Below are positions 39,615 to 48,888 of a stretch of DNA of 64,000 bases, piece by piece. This DNA is from Candidatus Bathyarchaeia archaeon. GTDB lineage: Archaea > Thermoproteota > Bathyarchaeia > Bathyarchaeales > Bathycorpusculaceae. Numbering within the stretch: the stretch's first letter is position 1; each line of letters opens with the position of its first letter. The notes beneath the pieces were generated by a model. The model saw only the letters and a list, made by a program, of their open reading frames with translations, did no database searches and was not told where the DNA came from. Both the position numbers and the translations under genes were made by a program. The stretch is from positions 192,001 through 256,000 of the forward strand of contig JAVZNC010000002.1 in NCBI GenBank assembly GCA_038882955.1, written 5' to 3'.

Positions 39615-39941
39615 CTAATGGATTTTGCTTCCTTCCGTTATGTCCTTTTCTGGCTGGAGTACCACTACGTTGCTCTTCTCGTCTTCAGCAGCTAAAATCA
39701 TGCACTGCGATTCAACGCCCATAAACTTTCTTCTCTGAAGGTTCAGTATAAACGCACATTTCTTGCCAACAAGATCTTGGGGCTTGTACCATTGTAGTAA
39801 GCCAGCAACTGCTTGCCGCTTTTCTGTCCCAAAATCCACAACCATCCTGATTAGGTTTCGCGAGCCTGGAATCTGGTTTGCCTCCAAAATTTTTCCAACG
39901 CGCATATCCAATTTTTGGAATTCCTCAAACGATATTTCCAT
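39615..39941 (-). CDS. tRNA-binding OB-fold protein (Trbp111/CsaA/MetRS C-terminal-like)
   Basis: ISFEEFQKLDMRVGKI, RQAVAGL, GVESQCMILAA. Confidence 0.9.
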   Translation of the reverse strand: MEISFEEFQKLDMRVGKILEANQIPGSRNLIRMVVDFGTEKRQAVAGLLQWYKPQDLVGKKCAFILNLQRRKFMGVESQCMILAAEDEKSNVVVLQPEKDITEGSKIH

Positions 39942-39983
39942 TTTATTCGCCGTCCTTTTCAACATTTTTCAATAAAACTGCTA

Positions 39984-40700
39984 TTAAGTTTTTGCGGCTT
40001 CCCTCTTACGTTTTAGATTTTCCACCGTCTTTGCGACACCATTCCAGCCTTCAGTTGCCTTCGAATGAATTATTTCAAAAGCCTCCCTTGATGTCAGCTT
40101 TGGCAGTTCTTCACCAACAGCTCTTCTTGTTAGATAGGCTGCGGCGTTAAGCACTTCTCCGTTTAGGCGTGAATCAATTAAATCTGCTAGGTGGCAAATT
40201 AGTGCTTCTATTGTGTGCGGTCTGATTGGTCCGTACTCACCATGATGTGCTGAGATTACATGAATAACTTCTATTGGAAATTTTCTTCGTACAAGTTCTG
40301 CTATCACCATTGAAAGGTGGTCCATATAATCTACTAGGCTTGTCGTTGCGTAGCTTCCATTCTCCTTCGCAATGTATGTTAAAGGTTTAAAAATGTCGTG
40401 GAGCAGCACTCCAGCCAGAACAAAGTCGCGGTTTACTTTTCCATGATACACTTTTTCCACGCAGTCGCATATTGTGAGCGCTATTTTCGCTGTTGAAACG
40501 ACATGTTCAATATATCCTCCAGCGTAACAGTGATGATGCGACAAGCCAGCGGGCGACACGTCGAGAGGCATGCCAGAATAAGTTTTTCCGCCAACCTCAA
40601 ACGTTGGATTCTCCAAAAACTCCATAACTTTCTTCCGCAGTTTCTCATCACGAATTTTGTTGGCTACCGCTTTAAGCTTCGGGTTAAGCAACATTCTCAC
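39984..40700 (-). CDS. HD-domain phosphohydrolase (YhaM-like)
   Basis: PAGLSHHHCYAGGYIEH, LLHDIFK, SAHHG, EALICHLAD. Confidence 0.85.
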   Translation of the reverse strand: MRMLLNPKLKAVANKIRDEKLRKKVMEFLENPTFEVGGKTYSGMPLDVSPAGLSHHHCYAGGYIEHVVSTAKIALTICDCVEKVYHGKVNRDFVLAGVLLHDIFKPLTYIAKENGSYATTSLVDYMDHLSMVIAELVRRKFPIEVIHVISAHHGEYGPIRPHTIEALICHLADLIDSRLNGEVLNAAAYLTRRAVGEELPKLTSREAFEIIHSKATEGWNGVAKTVENLKRKREAAKT

Positions 40701-40703
40701 TTG

Positions 40704-41384
40704 TCACATGTTAAGAGCCTTACGCATATTGATTTTTCGTTTTTCCGCGGTAGCCGCCTCATGCGCCTTTAAGATTGGCTCGGGAATCCTTCCAGTCACA
40801 GTGCAGTGTTGAACAGTTTTAACCGCAGTTTCCAAAGAAACCATGTGTCCAACGCTAACGTAAACGGGCTTACATCCGTTTTTTGTTACAACCGCGGCGC
40901 CAACAACTTTACCTTTATGTTTCAAAAAAGTAATAGATCCTCCATGGATACGTTCTTCCTCTCCGAATAATCGACTTTTGGCTACACCGATTGTTGGTTT
41001 TCGCAAAACCAATCCTAAATGACTTGCGAAACCGCAGTGGTATGGGTGGGCGAAACCATGTCCATCAACAAGAAAAACGTCAGGTTGCGTCTGCAACTTT
41101 TTTATGCTTAGTACTGTGGGAGGGACTTCTCTAAAAGACAAAAGTGTCGGAACGTATGGAAAGCGTGTCTCACAAGCGGCGGTTTTGCACTCTAAAAGCC
41201 TAAGCGTGTCATAATCCAACACTGCCACGGCGCCTAACGACAAATTCTTCGCGTATGCCACATCAACGCCAGCAACATAACGTATTTTCCTAGGCAATTT
41301 ATCCTCAAAAATTATCCTTTGCGATAGGCGAATTTGCGTTTTATGAGCCTTCCCAACAGAAAAATTCTTGGGTACCTTGTTCAT
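40704..41384 (-). CDS. nfi: Endonuclease V
   Basis: AGVDVAY, FPYVPTLLSFRE, VDGHGFAHP, GVAKSRL, VYVSVGH, RIPEP..AH. Confidence 0.95.
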   Translation of the reverse strand: MNKVPKNFSVGKAHKTQIRLSQRIIFEDKLPRKIRYVAGVDVAYAKNLSLGAVAVLDYDTLRLLECKTAACETRFPYVPTLLSFREVPPTVLSIKKLQTQPDVFLVDGHGFAHPYHCGFASHLGLVLRKPTIGVAKSRLFGEEERIHGGSITFLKHKGKVVGAAVVTKNGCKPVYVSVGHMVSLETAVKTVQHCTVTGRIPEPILKAHEAATAEKRKINMRKALNM

Positions 41385-41388
41385 AATT

Positions 41389-42024
41389 TTATTTTTTCCT
41401 TAAATGGTGCTCTAAACCCTTGAGATATTTTTCTAAAGCGCTTCTTCTAATCTCTTGGGTTACGTCGCCCCGCGTAGTCTCAATAATTTTTCTTGCAGTG
41501 TCGCATTTTCTTCGTAAGCCTGGAACAAGCATGTATGCTTCGTTCATCGCCATAAGCTCAATGTAGATTTCATCCATTATTTTCAAACATTTCTCACTCT
41601 TTTTAACGTTACCTTCTCGCAATGCATCAAGAGCCAAACGCCTATATTCTCCTATAACGTCTGCTAGCCCAAGAACATAATCCACAGAAGGCACGGCAAT
41701 CTCTTTTGGCGTTACAAAGCGCTCTTCCTCTACTATTTTTAGGAATATGTTTGCTTCAGAGTACTCTTGAAGCGCCGCGTCATAGAGTCCACTGTAAATA
41801 ATGTCTGGATGGGCGGCGGAAGCGTTGTTAAGTTCTAAAATAATCTCTTTTGCCTTTTTAACGAGTTTTTCCGCTTCCTTCAATCTCTTTTGATGTATGA
41901 AGAGTATTGCCTGTTTTGAAAGGCTTGTTGCCTTTCGCATGTTGTTTTGTGCGTTTTCTCGAATTTTTTCTTTCTCTTTCAGTTCTTTGCGTATCTCTTC
42001 TAAAACCGCCTTTAATGAACTCAT
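41389..42024 (-). CDS. Translin/TRAX-like (C3PO) protein
   Basis: RE...R, QEYSEA, YVLGLADVIGEYRR, LRRKCD. Confidence 0.88.
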   Translation of the reverse strand: MSSLKAVLEEIRKELKEKEKIRENAQNNMRKATSLSKQAILFIHQKRLKEAEKLVKKAKEIILELNNASAAHPDIIYSGLYDAALQEYSEANIFLKIVEEERFVTPKEIAVPSVDYVLGLADVIGEYRRLALDALREGNVKKSEKCLKIMDEIYIELMAMNEAYMLVPGLRRKCDTARKIIETTRGDVTQEIRRSALEKYLKGLEHHLRKK

Positions 42025-42126
42025 TTGCTTTTCGCCTTTGCATATATCTAGAATTGTTTGTGCTTATAATTTTCGTGATTAAAAATAGTATGGGAATGGG
42101 AGAACGTTAAAGGATGGAAAATGCAC

Positions 42127-42327
42127 TTATTGTTTTTGTTGTGGTGGTTCCTTCCATCGTTCTATGGTGAGTTTTTCTTCTCCGCCAACCTTAAAACCGA
42201 CCTTCACGAACACGGAGTCTGCACCTTTGAATGGAAACATGCTGTCCTCTGCCAAGTCTTTTGGTATGTAAATCAAGTATTTTCCATCCTTTCTTCTGAA
42301 CAGTCTACCTCTTCCTTCGTTGACCAT
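42127..42327 (-). CDS. Small AbrB/SpoVT-like DNA-binding protein
   Basis: GRLFRRKDGKYLIYIPKDLA.D..FPF...V.V....KLTIE swapped-hairpin pattern; SD-like GAGGTG upstream. Confidence 0.6.
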   Translation of the reverse strand: MVNEGRGRLFRRKDGKYLIYIPKDLAEDSMFPFKGADSVFVKVGFKVGGEEKLTIERWKEPPQQKQ

Positions 42328-42467
42328 TGTTCCACCTCAATTTAATCTTGAGTTTAAAGCGGTATAAAGGCGAATTATATAAGGTTTATTCTCATTTAAT
42401 TCATTAAAAATTGTTTACATTTAAAATAACACTGAAAAAATGAATTAATTGCCAGAGGAATCCGCAG

Positions 42468-43424
42468 CTATCCAAATCTGATGGCACGCTGCACTTTACC
42501 CAACAATACAACTCTGCTTTCTGGCGCCTCATCAAGAACGTCATAACCCGTTTCCTCTGCAATCTTGTACGCGAAATCGCAAATTTCTCCGTGGCTTGGC
42601 ATGTTTTCAAATCCCAAACGTAGCCGCGAGAATCCAACATGCATGTACGCTTTTGGTTCCACGTAAGTGGGACTTGCCTTTTCAATTAGCTTCGCATAAC
42701 CCTCAATGTTTCTCATGTTCAAATCCTTAACTGAAGTTATCCTGATAACGGTTGGACATTTAAAACTGGGCAAAAGCTTCAAAGTCTCGTTAAGCCTTTC
42801 CCAAGCCTCTGGAATCTGTGGACGGCAAATTTTTTTGAATGTTTCTTCGTCTGGAGCGCAAACAGAGATGTAGAGCTGTGTGGGCTCTTCTTCAAGGTTC
42901 GCTAAAACTTTGGGCAATGTTCCATTAGAGACTAGAAATGTTGTAAAACCTCTCTTGTGAAATGCTTTAATCAAATCGCTTATATGCCCATACAATGTGG
43001 GCTCACCAGTCAAACTTATGGCAGCATGTCTGGGAGTGGAGGCCTCTCTAAATTTTTGTTTATCTGCTTTGGGGTTGCCTTTGTATCCGCTTAAAATTTT
43101 AAGTTGGGCTTTGATGCTTTCTTCCACTATGAGTTCTGGTGAGTCCCACTTTGGCGTTTTTGTTTCGTTCCATTGAATTTTTAAGTCGCCGCTTTGTGCC
43201 CTCCAACAGAATAGGCATTGTTGTGTGCAATAGAAGAGTGCGGGGGTCATTTGTATGCACTGGTGCGTCTTTATTCCATAAAATTTCTGTTTGTAGCATG
43301 GTCTGTTGTTGATTAGGGTTTCGTAAAACCATCTGCACCTTTTGACGGCTGAGTGTCTGCCTATGATGTGGTATTTCTGCCTTTTTAGTGCTTGTATTAG
43401 CACTTGTGGAACCGCGTTTTCCAA
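42468..43424 (-). CDS. taw1: 4-demethylwyosine synthase Taw1/TYW1 (radical SAM)
   Basis: HSAVKRCRW, CYKQKFYGI..HQC, CTQQCLFCWR, AISLTGEP, KAYMHVG.S. Confidence 0.95.
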   Translation of the reverse strand: MENAVPQVLIQALKRQKYHIIGRHSAVKRCRWFYETLINNRPCYKQKFYGIKTHQCIQMTPALFYCTQQCLFCWRAQSGDLKIQWNETKTPKWDSPELIVEESIKAQLKILSGYKGNPKADKQKFREASTPRHAAISLTGEPTLYGHISDLIKAFHKRGFTTFLVSNGTLPKVLANLEEEPTQLYISVCAPDEETFKKICRPQIPEAWERLNETLKLLPSFKCPTVIRITSVKDLNMRNIEGYAKLIEKASPTYVEPKAYMHVGFSRLRLGFENMPSHGEICDFAYKIAEETGYDVLDEAPESRVVLLGKVQRAIRFG

Positions 43425-43474
43425 GTTTTCTCACTCATGCTAATAGCGTAAAAGTGCGCCCTAAATAAAACAGT

Positions 43475-44692
43475 TTATTCGTCAAAGCAGTATTCCAGCT
43501 TTTGGAATTCAGCGCAAAGTTTGGCGACATCTCTTTTAACATTTTCAGGTCTTTCCTCGTCGACAAGCACTCTTTTTATCAGTTCAGCTATTCTATGCAT
43601 TTCAGCCTCTTTCATTCCACGCCTAGTAACCTCACAAGTGCCAACCCTTATGACACAGTCCACAATTATGTTTACACGTTGAAGTTTCTCCGCCTTTGCC
43701 CGTCCCTTTTCATAATCGCCATAATCCAGCAAAATCTGATGCGATTGCGTAAAGCCCAGATGTTTGCATGCAACTGGAAGCCCGTAGTCGTACAGAGCCT
43801 TTGCCAACTCTTGTGCGTTTCTCACAACTTGCCGTGCATAGGCTTTGCCGAACTTTTTCATTTCAGCCAAAGCTAGGGTTAATGCTGCAATTCGGTTCCA
43901 ATGCGCGTTATCCACAAATGCTGGATAAATTTTCTCCTTGAGAATTTCTCCATGCTCCCTATCCGCCAAGATTATTCCGCCTTGCGGACCAAAAAATGTT
44001 TTATGGGTTGATCCGAAAAGCGCGTGTGCGCCTTCTCTTAGCGGGTCTTGGAACTGTTCTCCAGCAATCAGTCCCATAACATGTGAACCGTCAAACCCGA
44101 CGGTCGCGCCGTTTTCCTTTGCAATTTCAGCAAGTTCCTTGACTGGTTGTGGAAAAACGATTATGCTTGCGCCAAAAACAACAAGTTTTGGCTTGACGCG
44201 TTTTATTTTTTCTTTTGCTTCTTCTACTTTTATGCTCATGTCGCTTTTTGAAAAGGGGAAGGGCACTGCGTTTAATTTTAATAGTCTAGCTAGTCCGTCC
44301 TTCCACATTCCAGGGTATCCGCCGTTATCTGGGGATAAGCACATGAGCGTGTCGTTTGGCTTTGTGAAGTTGGCTATGAATATTAGGTCTGCGATGTGTC
44401 CCGAAAGTGGGCGTAAATCGGCAACTTCAGCCTTAAAGAGGTCTTTTGCAAGTTTTTCTCCATATGCTTCAACTTCGTCTAGAAAGCGTGTTCCCATGTA
44501 AAAGCGGTCTCTTGCTGTATAGCGATTTCCGAACTCCGAAGAAAGGAGCTTTCGGACAGATGGGCTCATTACATTTTCTGAAGGGATTAGGTTTAGGCAT
44601 TGTTTTCCGCGCCATTCTTCATGCTGCTCAGCCAAGGCGAGAATTTCCTCAATCACCTTATTCACCACGAATGTGCAAAGTTTACCGCGCAC
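43475..44692 (-). CDS. Serine hydroxymethyltransferase-like PLP enzyme (divergent)
   Basis: LIPSEN, DGSHVMGLIAG, STHKTFFGPQGG (PLP Lys), TQSHQ, IRVGT; folate-site motifs altered; true start probably ~44665. Confidence 0.85.
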   Translation of the reverse strand: MRGKLCTFVVNKVIEEILALAEQHEEWRGKQCLNLIPSENVMSPSVRKLLSSEFGNRYTARDRFYMGTRFLDEVEAYGEKLAKDLFKAEVADLRPLSGHIADLIFIANFTKPNDTLMCLSPDNGGYPGMWKDGLARLLKLNAVPFPFSKSDMSIKVEEAKEKIKRVKPKLVVFGASIIVFPQPVKELAEIAKENGATVGFDGSHVMGLIAGEQFQDPLREGAHALFGSTHKTFFGPQGGIILADREHGEILKEKIYPAFVDNAHWNRIAALTLALAEMKKFGKAYARQVVRNAQELAKALYDYGLPVACKHLGFTQSHQILLDYGDYEKGRAKAEKLQRVNIIVDCVIRVGTCEVTRRGMKEAEMHRIAELIKRVLVDEERPENVKRDVAKLCAEFQKLEYCFDE

Positions 44693-44849
44693 GTAAATTT
44701 ACTTTTCTATTTTCGCCTAGTTTTCTTGACGTGTTTTGCGGCTCTAATTACGTTTAAGGTAGTTTAAGCCATGTTATCGAAAGTAAAGTTAAAATGCTCC
44801 CTAGTATTAGAAGTGTTCACATCTCGCATGTATTTCAGAGGGAACATGC

Positions 44850-46961
44850 TTGAAAACAACTGTGCCAAACAAAATTAAGTCAATCCTGTTCTTATCACTT
44901 CTGCTGTCATCAATCCTGTTTACATTTTCATTTTTTCCTTCAGCAAAAGCTGAAACAAAAATCCTCTCTATAAATCCCACTTCTGGGAATGTTGGAACAA
45001 ACGTCACATTAACAGCAAACGTGAGCAATCTAGGCGCGTATAGAATATTGTTCGACGGGAATGAAATTTTAAGCGGAGAAGCCACAGAAAACAACATAAC
45101 AGCAAGCTTTATCATACCGCATGCGCCGCAAGGCGCCCACAACATTACGTTAATTGATGCAATGGGAGAAAACGACACCGGAAGCTTTACCATTTTAACG
45201 TTTCAGTCGTTTAAGCCTCAAGTTCCAGAGCCTCCAGCACAGCTACAAGAGGGTGCAAGCTTGACAATCACTGTTAATATTACCGGGGGCTTGGCTAATC
45301 ACACCTATCCGAAAATTATGGTTCAAGCGCCACGCGAAGACTTGAACTATACCTTGCGAAATGGCGTCAACATCACAACTGATGCTTCTGGAACCTGCCT
45401 CTTTAATGTCACATACCCAGACGATTTCGCGGAAGGCGCAAATACAAACTTCACTGGGTATTATAAGATATTTTTCAATGAAACCTTTGCAGACTATTTT
45501 TTTGTTGGCATTACGAACGCAAGAGCCTATCATAGAGGAGATATCGTCAACATAAAGGCGGTTAACTATCCAGTAAACGGGAACGTCACGATTGCAATAA
45601 AGTTTGGAAACGAGACAATAGACACTATAACCTACAACGCCACGGATGGAACAGTAAACTATGATTGGCTTGTTCCAAATAACGTGCTTGTAAGCAACGC
45701 AACCCACACCTACAATGTAACCATAACGCCAGTGCCAACAACCAAGAACTTCACAGACACTCAGACATTTGATATTTTAGGCTTTAACACGACAGTTTAT
45801 ACGCTTAATCGTGCTGGAAAAAGCGTTTCAGGTGTTTTGGTAAAGGTGCACGATATATCTGCGAATGCCAACTATACAAACAGCAGCGGAGTAGGCGGAT
45901 ATGCCAATTTTATGCTTGAGATAGGCGATTATACGGCTGAAGCCTACTTCAGGGACGTGAAGGTTGGCGATGGTTTACTGTTCAGCGTTACGAGAGATGC
46001 TGTGCTAAACTTTTCCTTTACTTGTAACATAACAAGCCTAAACATAATTGTCGAAAATGAGCGTGGCGTGCGCATTCCACGCGTGAACATAACGCTCACT
46101 TATAATTACACTACAAATTATGGCACGCCAGAAAACAGAACCGCCACAGAATACAATGAAACAAAAATTGATGGGTTAGCCGTTTTTCCAGCAGTACTTC
46201 CCAACGTAACATGCGTGGTGAATGCTTCACTTTATGGGCTAGTTTTTAACATTGGCAACAACACCATTCCCGATTTACCAGTCGCCGAATGCGTTAACGT
46301 GATGGTTCTTTATCCAACCAGAAGGCTTAACATTCAAGTTTTAGATGTAAACAACCAGCCAATTCCATCGGCAACATTGAAAGCCCAAGAGCTAACCGTT
46401 GGATTGTTTACTGAAGGAGATGTTGTTAACGGAAATGCCACCTTAAACTGCACTTTCGGAAGATACTCTGTCAAAATTTTCTTTAGCGATATACTCTTAA
46501 ATGAAACGGTGTTTGATTTAACTTCTGGCGATGTTGAATTTAATGTAACAATCAAATGTCAGCTTTACGGCTTAAACATAGCAGTCAAAGTTGTCGATTA
46601 CTTTGGTCAACCAATATCTGGTGCCAACGTAATATTGCATCGCGGTTTGTTACAAGACGCTAAACAGACAGATTCAGGGGGCACAGTCACGTTCGCAAAT
46701 GCCGTTGGCGGAGAAATACAAATAAACGTCTATATGCCAGGGCATTCAGAACCATGTGTCACCAAGAATTTTAATGTTGGAGTTTCAACGGTGCTTACCA
46801 TCAAGATTGATAGATATGTTGTTCTAGCTGGCTTTCTTGTGGAGACGGGATGCTTGGCTACTGCAATGATAATTGTCATAACAGCTCTAGTCATAATAGT
46901 CTTGGAAGTTTATAGGAGAAAGCGTTTCAAGCGTCAAGAGGCTAAAGAGGAGCAGAAATAA
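44850..46961 (+). CDS. Heavily N-glycosylated surface protein with Ig/carboxypeptidase-regulatory-like domains and C-terminal TM
   Basis: Signal peptide (AKA/E); V.V.D..GQPISGANV repeats; about 34 N-X-S/T sequons; TM followed by RRKR. Confidence 0.8.
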   Translation: MKTTVPNKIKSILFLSLLLSSILFTFSFFPSAKAETKILSINPTSGNVGTNVTLTANVSNLGAYRILFDGNEILSGEATENNITASFIIPHAPQGAHNITLIDAMGENDTGSFTILTFQSFKPQVPEPPAQLQEGASLTITVNITGGLANHTYPKIMVQAPREDLNYTLRNGVNITTDASGTCLFNVTYPDDFAEGANTNFTGYYKIFFNETFADYFFVGITNARAYHRGDIVNIKAVNYPVNGNVTIAIKFGNETIDTITYNATDGTVNYDWLVPNNVLVSNATHTYNVTITPVPTTKNFTDTQTFDILGFNTTVYTLNRAGKSVSGVLVKVHDISANANYTNSSGVGGYANFMLEIGDYTAEAYFRDVKVGDGLLFSVTRDAVLNFSFTCNITSLNIIVENERGVRIPRVNITLTYNYTTNYGTPENRTATEYNETKIDGLAVFPAVLPNVTCVVNASLYGLVFNIGNNTIPDLPVAECVNVMVLYPTRRLNIQVLDVNNQPIPSATLKAQELTVGLFTEGDVVNGNATLNCTFGRYSVKIFFSDILLNETVFDLTSGDVEFNVTIKCQLYGLNIAVKVVDYFGQPISGANVILHRGLLQDAKQTDSGGTVTFANAVGGEIQINVYMPGHSEPCVTKNFNVGVSTVLTIKIDRYVVLAGFLVETGCLATAMIIVITALVIIVLEVYRRKRFKRQEAKEEQK

Positions 46962-47052
46962 GGAGTCGTGTGGAAAAAAGTTTAATATTCCCTCTATGCA
47001 AGAATATTTCAGAGAGCCGTTGATGCGAGAAGTTTTGAAACAATAAAGGGTT

Positions 47053-47349
47053 GTGCGTGTGTTGGCGCAGGGGAAAACTTGTTCTCCAACATGTCAAGCC
47101 TTCAAGTGCACCCAGAATGCTGCAGTCTATAGGCGTGATGGCGTGTGGTGTAGGTGGACTGAAGAGACATGCGACGTTGCAAACTGTAGGTACGCTATTT
47201 GCGTTAAGAGGCGCCTACTCCCTAGAGGGATATGCGGCGAAACCGTGAAAAGAAAAACTGTTGAAAAGCCACCAGAGGAAGTTGTTGGACCCGCAATAAA
47301 GCTTCGCGGTAGAGCGCTTCGCAAAATTGGCGAAAAAGAAATCTTTTAG
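47053..47349 (+). CDS. Cys-rich hypothetical protein (probable metal binding)
   Basis: Eight Cys in ~55 aa, basic C-terminus; likely start TTG 47062. Confidence 0.65.
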   Translation: MRVLAQGKTCSPTCQAFKCTQNAAVYRRDGVWCRWTEETCDVANCRYAICVKRRLLPRGICGETVKRKTVEKPPEEVVGPAIKLRGRALRKIGEKEIF

Positions 47350-47378
47350 GCGTCTGTTAAACGGTTCACTCTCTCTTT

Positions 47379-47540
47379 TTATCTTGCCTGAATTCGCTTA
47401 ACAACAGGAGGCTTTATCTTCTTTAAAATTCTATAGCCGCAGGTCGTGCACTTTATTTCCCCACCGCGGAGCTCCAACTCTTCAGATGAAACTTTTGCCC
47501 CGCACCTTACACACTCGTACACAATTCCAGTTTTAGCCAT
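47379..47540 (-). CDS. rpoP: DNA-directed RNA polymerase subunit P (Rpo12)
   Basis: YECVRCG...IKCTTCGYRILKK..PPVVKRIQAR. Confidence 0.95.
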   Translation of the reverse strand: MAKTGIVYECVRCGAKVSSEELELRGGEIKCTTCGYRILKKIKPPVVKRIQAR

Positions 47541-47619
47541 AACCATCCCTTTACCAAGAGAAGGCATTTTGCTTTTAAATGTTTCCAAACACAACTAATC
47601 TGGTGAAGGATGAAAAGCC

Positions 47620-48477
47620 TTGAGAAAACGCTTGAAAAACGCTTTGTCAATGGTGCTTTCTCCAAGCGAACTTGCACATTTGTATAGCTCCTACGACATT
47701 GTGGGAGACATAGCAATCATACGCCTAACACCACAATCAAAAGGGCACGGCGAAGTTATTGCAAAAACGCTGATGGGAATACATAAAAATGTGCGAACAG
47801 TTCTAGCGCAAACAGGACCAGTTGCTGGAGAGTTTAGACTTCGAACATTGGAGCACATTGCTGGCGAACGCAAAACAAACACTGTTCACAAAGAGTCTGG
47901 ATGTGTCTTCCATGTTGATGTACAAAAGTGCTACTTTTCTCCAAGACTTTTTTACGAGAGAATGCGAATCGCGAAACAAGTAAAGAGTGGGGAAACAGTC
48001 GTAAACATGTTTGCTGGTGTTGGCTGCTTTTCAATTATCATTGCAAAACACTCCGATGTCTCAAAAGTGTATTCAATTGACATTAACCATGCAGCAATCG
48101 AGTACGTGAAGGAAAACGTAAGGCTGAATAGGGTTTATGGCAAAGTCGTGCCTTTGCTTGGCGACGCAAAGGAAATAATTGAAGACAAATTGCGTCATGT
48201 TGCTGACCGCGTTCTGATGCCTCTGCCGGAAAAAGCCTTTGAATACTTGCCCTACGCTTTGTTGGCGCTTAAAGAAAATGGCGGATGGATACACTACTAC
48301 GATTTTGAACACGCAAGCAAGAACGAGGATGCCGTTAAGAAAGTTAAGCTAAAAGTTGCCGGCAAACTCGCCGAATTGGGCGTTAATTTTGAAATCCCGT
48401 TTGGACGTATAGTAAGGGCTACGGGTCCAAACTGGTATCAAGTTGTTTTAGACGCTAAAGTTAATCCTCAACATTAA
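47620..48477 (+). CDS. Trm5/Taw2-family tRNA methyltransferase (short, aTrm5a/Taw22-like)
   Basis: YDIVGDIA, GEFR.R, HKESGC, YFSPRL..ER, MFAGVG, DRVLMPLP. Confidence 0.85.
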   Translation: MRKRLKNALSMVLSPSELAHLYSSYDIVGDIAIIRLTPQSKGHGEVIAKTLMGIHKNVRTVLAQTGPVAGEFRLRTLEHIAGERKTNTVHKESGCVFHVDVQKCYFSPRLFYERMRIAKQVKSGETVVNMFAGVGCFSIIIAKHSDVSKVYSIDINHAAIEYVKENVRLNRVYGKVVPLLGDAKEIIEDKLRHVADRVLMPLPEKAFEYLPYALLALKENGGWIHYYDFEHASKNEDAVKKVKLKVAGKLAELGVNFEIPFGRIVRATGPNWYQVVLDAKVNPQH

Positions 48478-48532
48478 GTGGGCATAAAATGTTTTATAGG
48501 TTTGAAGCCAAAGTGTTTGGAGATGATGCGAT

Positions 48533-48814
48533 ATGAAGCGGAAGCTTATGGAAATCCTTGCATGCCCCATCGATAAACACTATCCGTTAGAACTTCATGT
48601 ATTCGAGGAAAAGGATGAGATTGTTGAAGGCTTGATTGTCTGTCCAAAATGTTTGAGGTGGTATCCTATACGCGACGAGATCCCAGAAATGCTGCCCGAC
48701 GAGCTTCGGAAAGAAAGCGAGGATTTGCCGTTTCTAAAAAAGTGGAAGGAGAAGATTCCAGAAAAAATTTTGCTCGAAGGCAAGCCATTCAACTTAAAAG
48801 GTAAACATGCCTAA
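48533..48814 (+). CDS. trm112: Trm112 methyltransferase activator
   Basis: LMEILACP.DK..L, EGLIVCPKC.RWYPI.DEIPEMLPDELR. Confidence 0.92.
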   Translation: MKRKLMEILACPIDKHYPLELHVFEEKDEIVEGLIVCPKCLRWYPIRDEIPEMLPDELRKESEDLPFLKKWKEKIPEKILLEGKPFNLKGKHA

Positions 48815-48888
48815 TCGTGAAAAACTAGAGAGGGCTATCAATTTAGCAATTTTCGAACTGCTAAAATCGATGCAGACATGCGAAAGGG

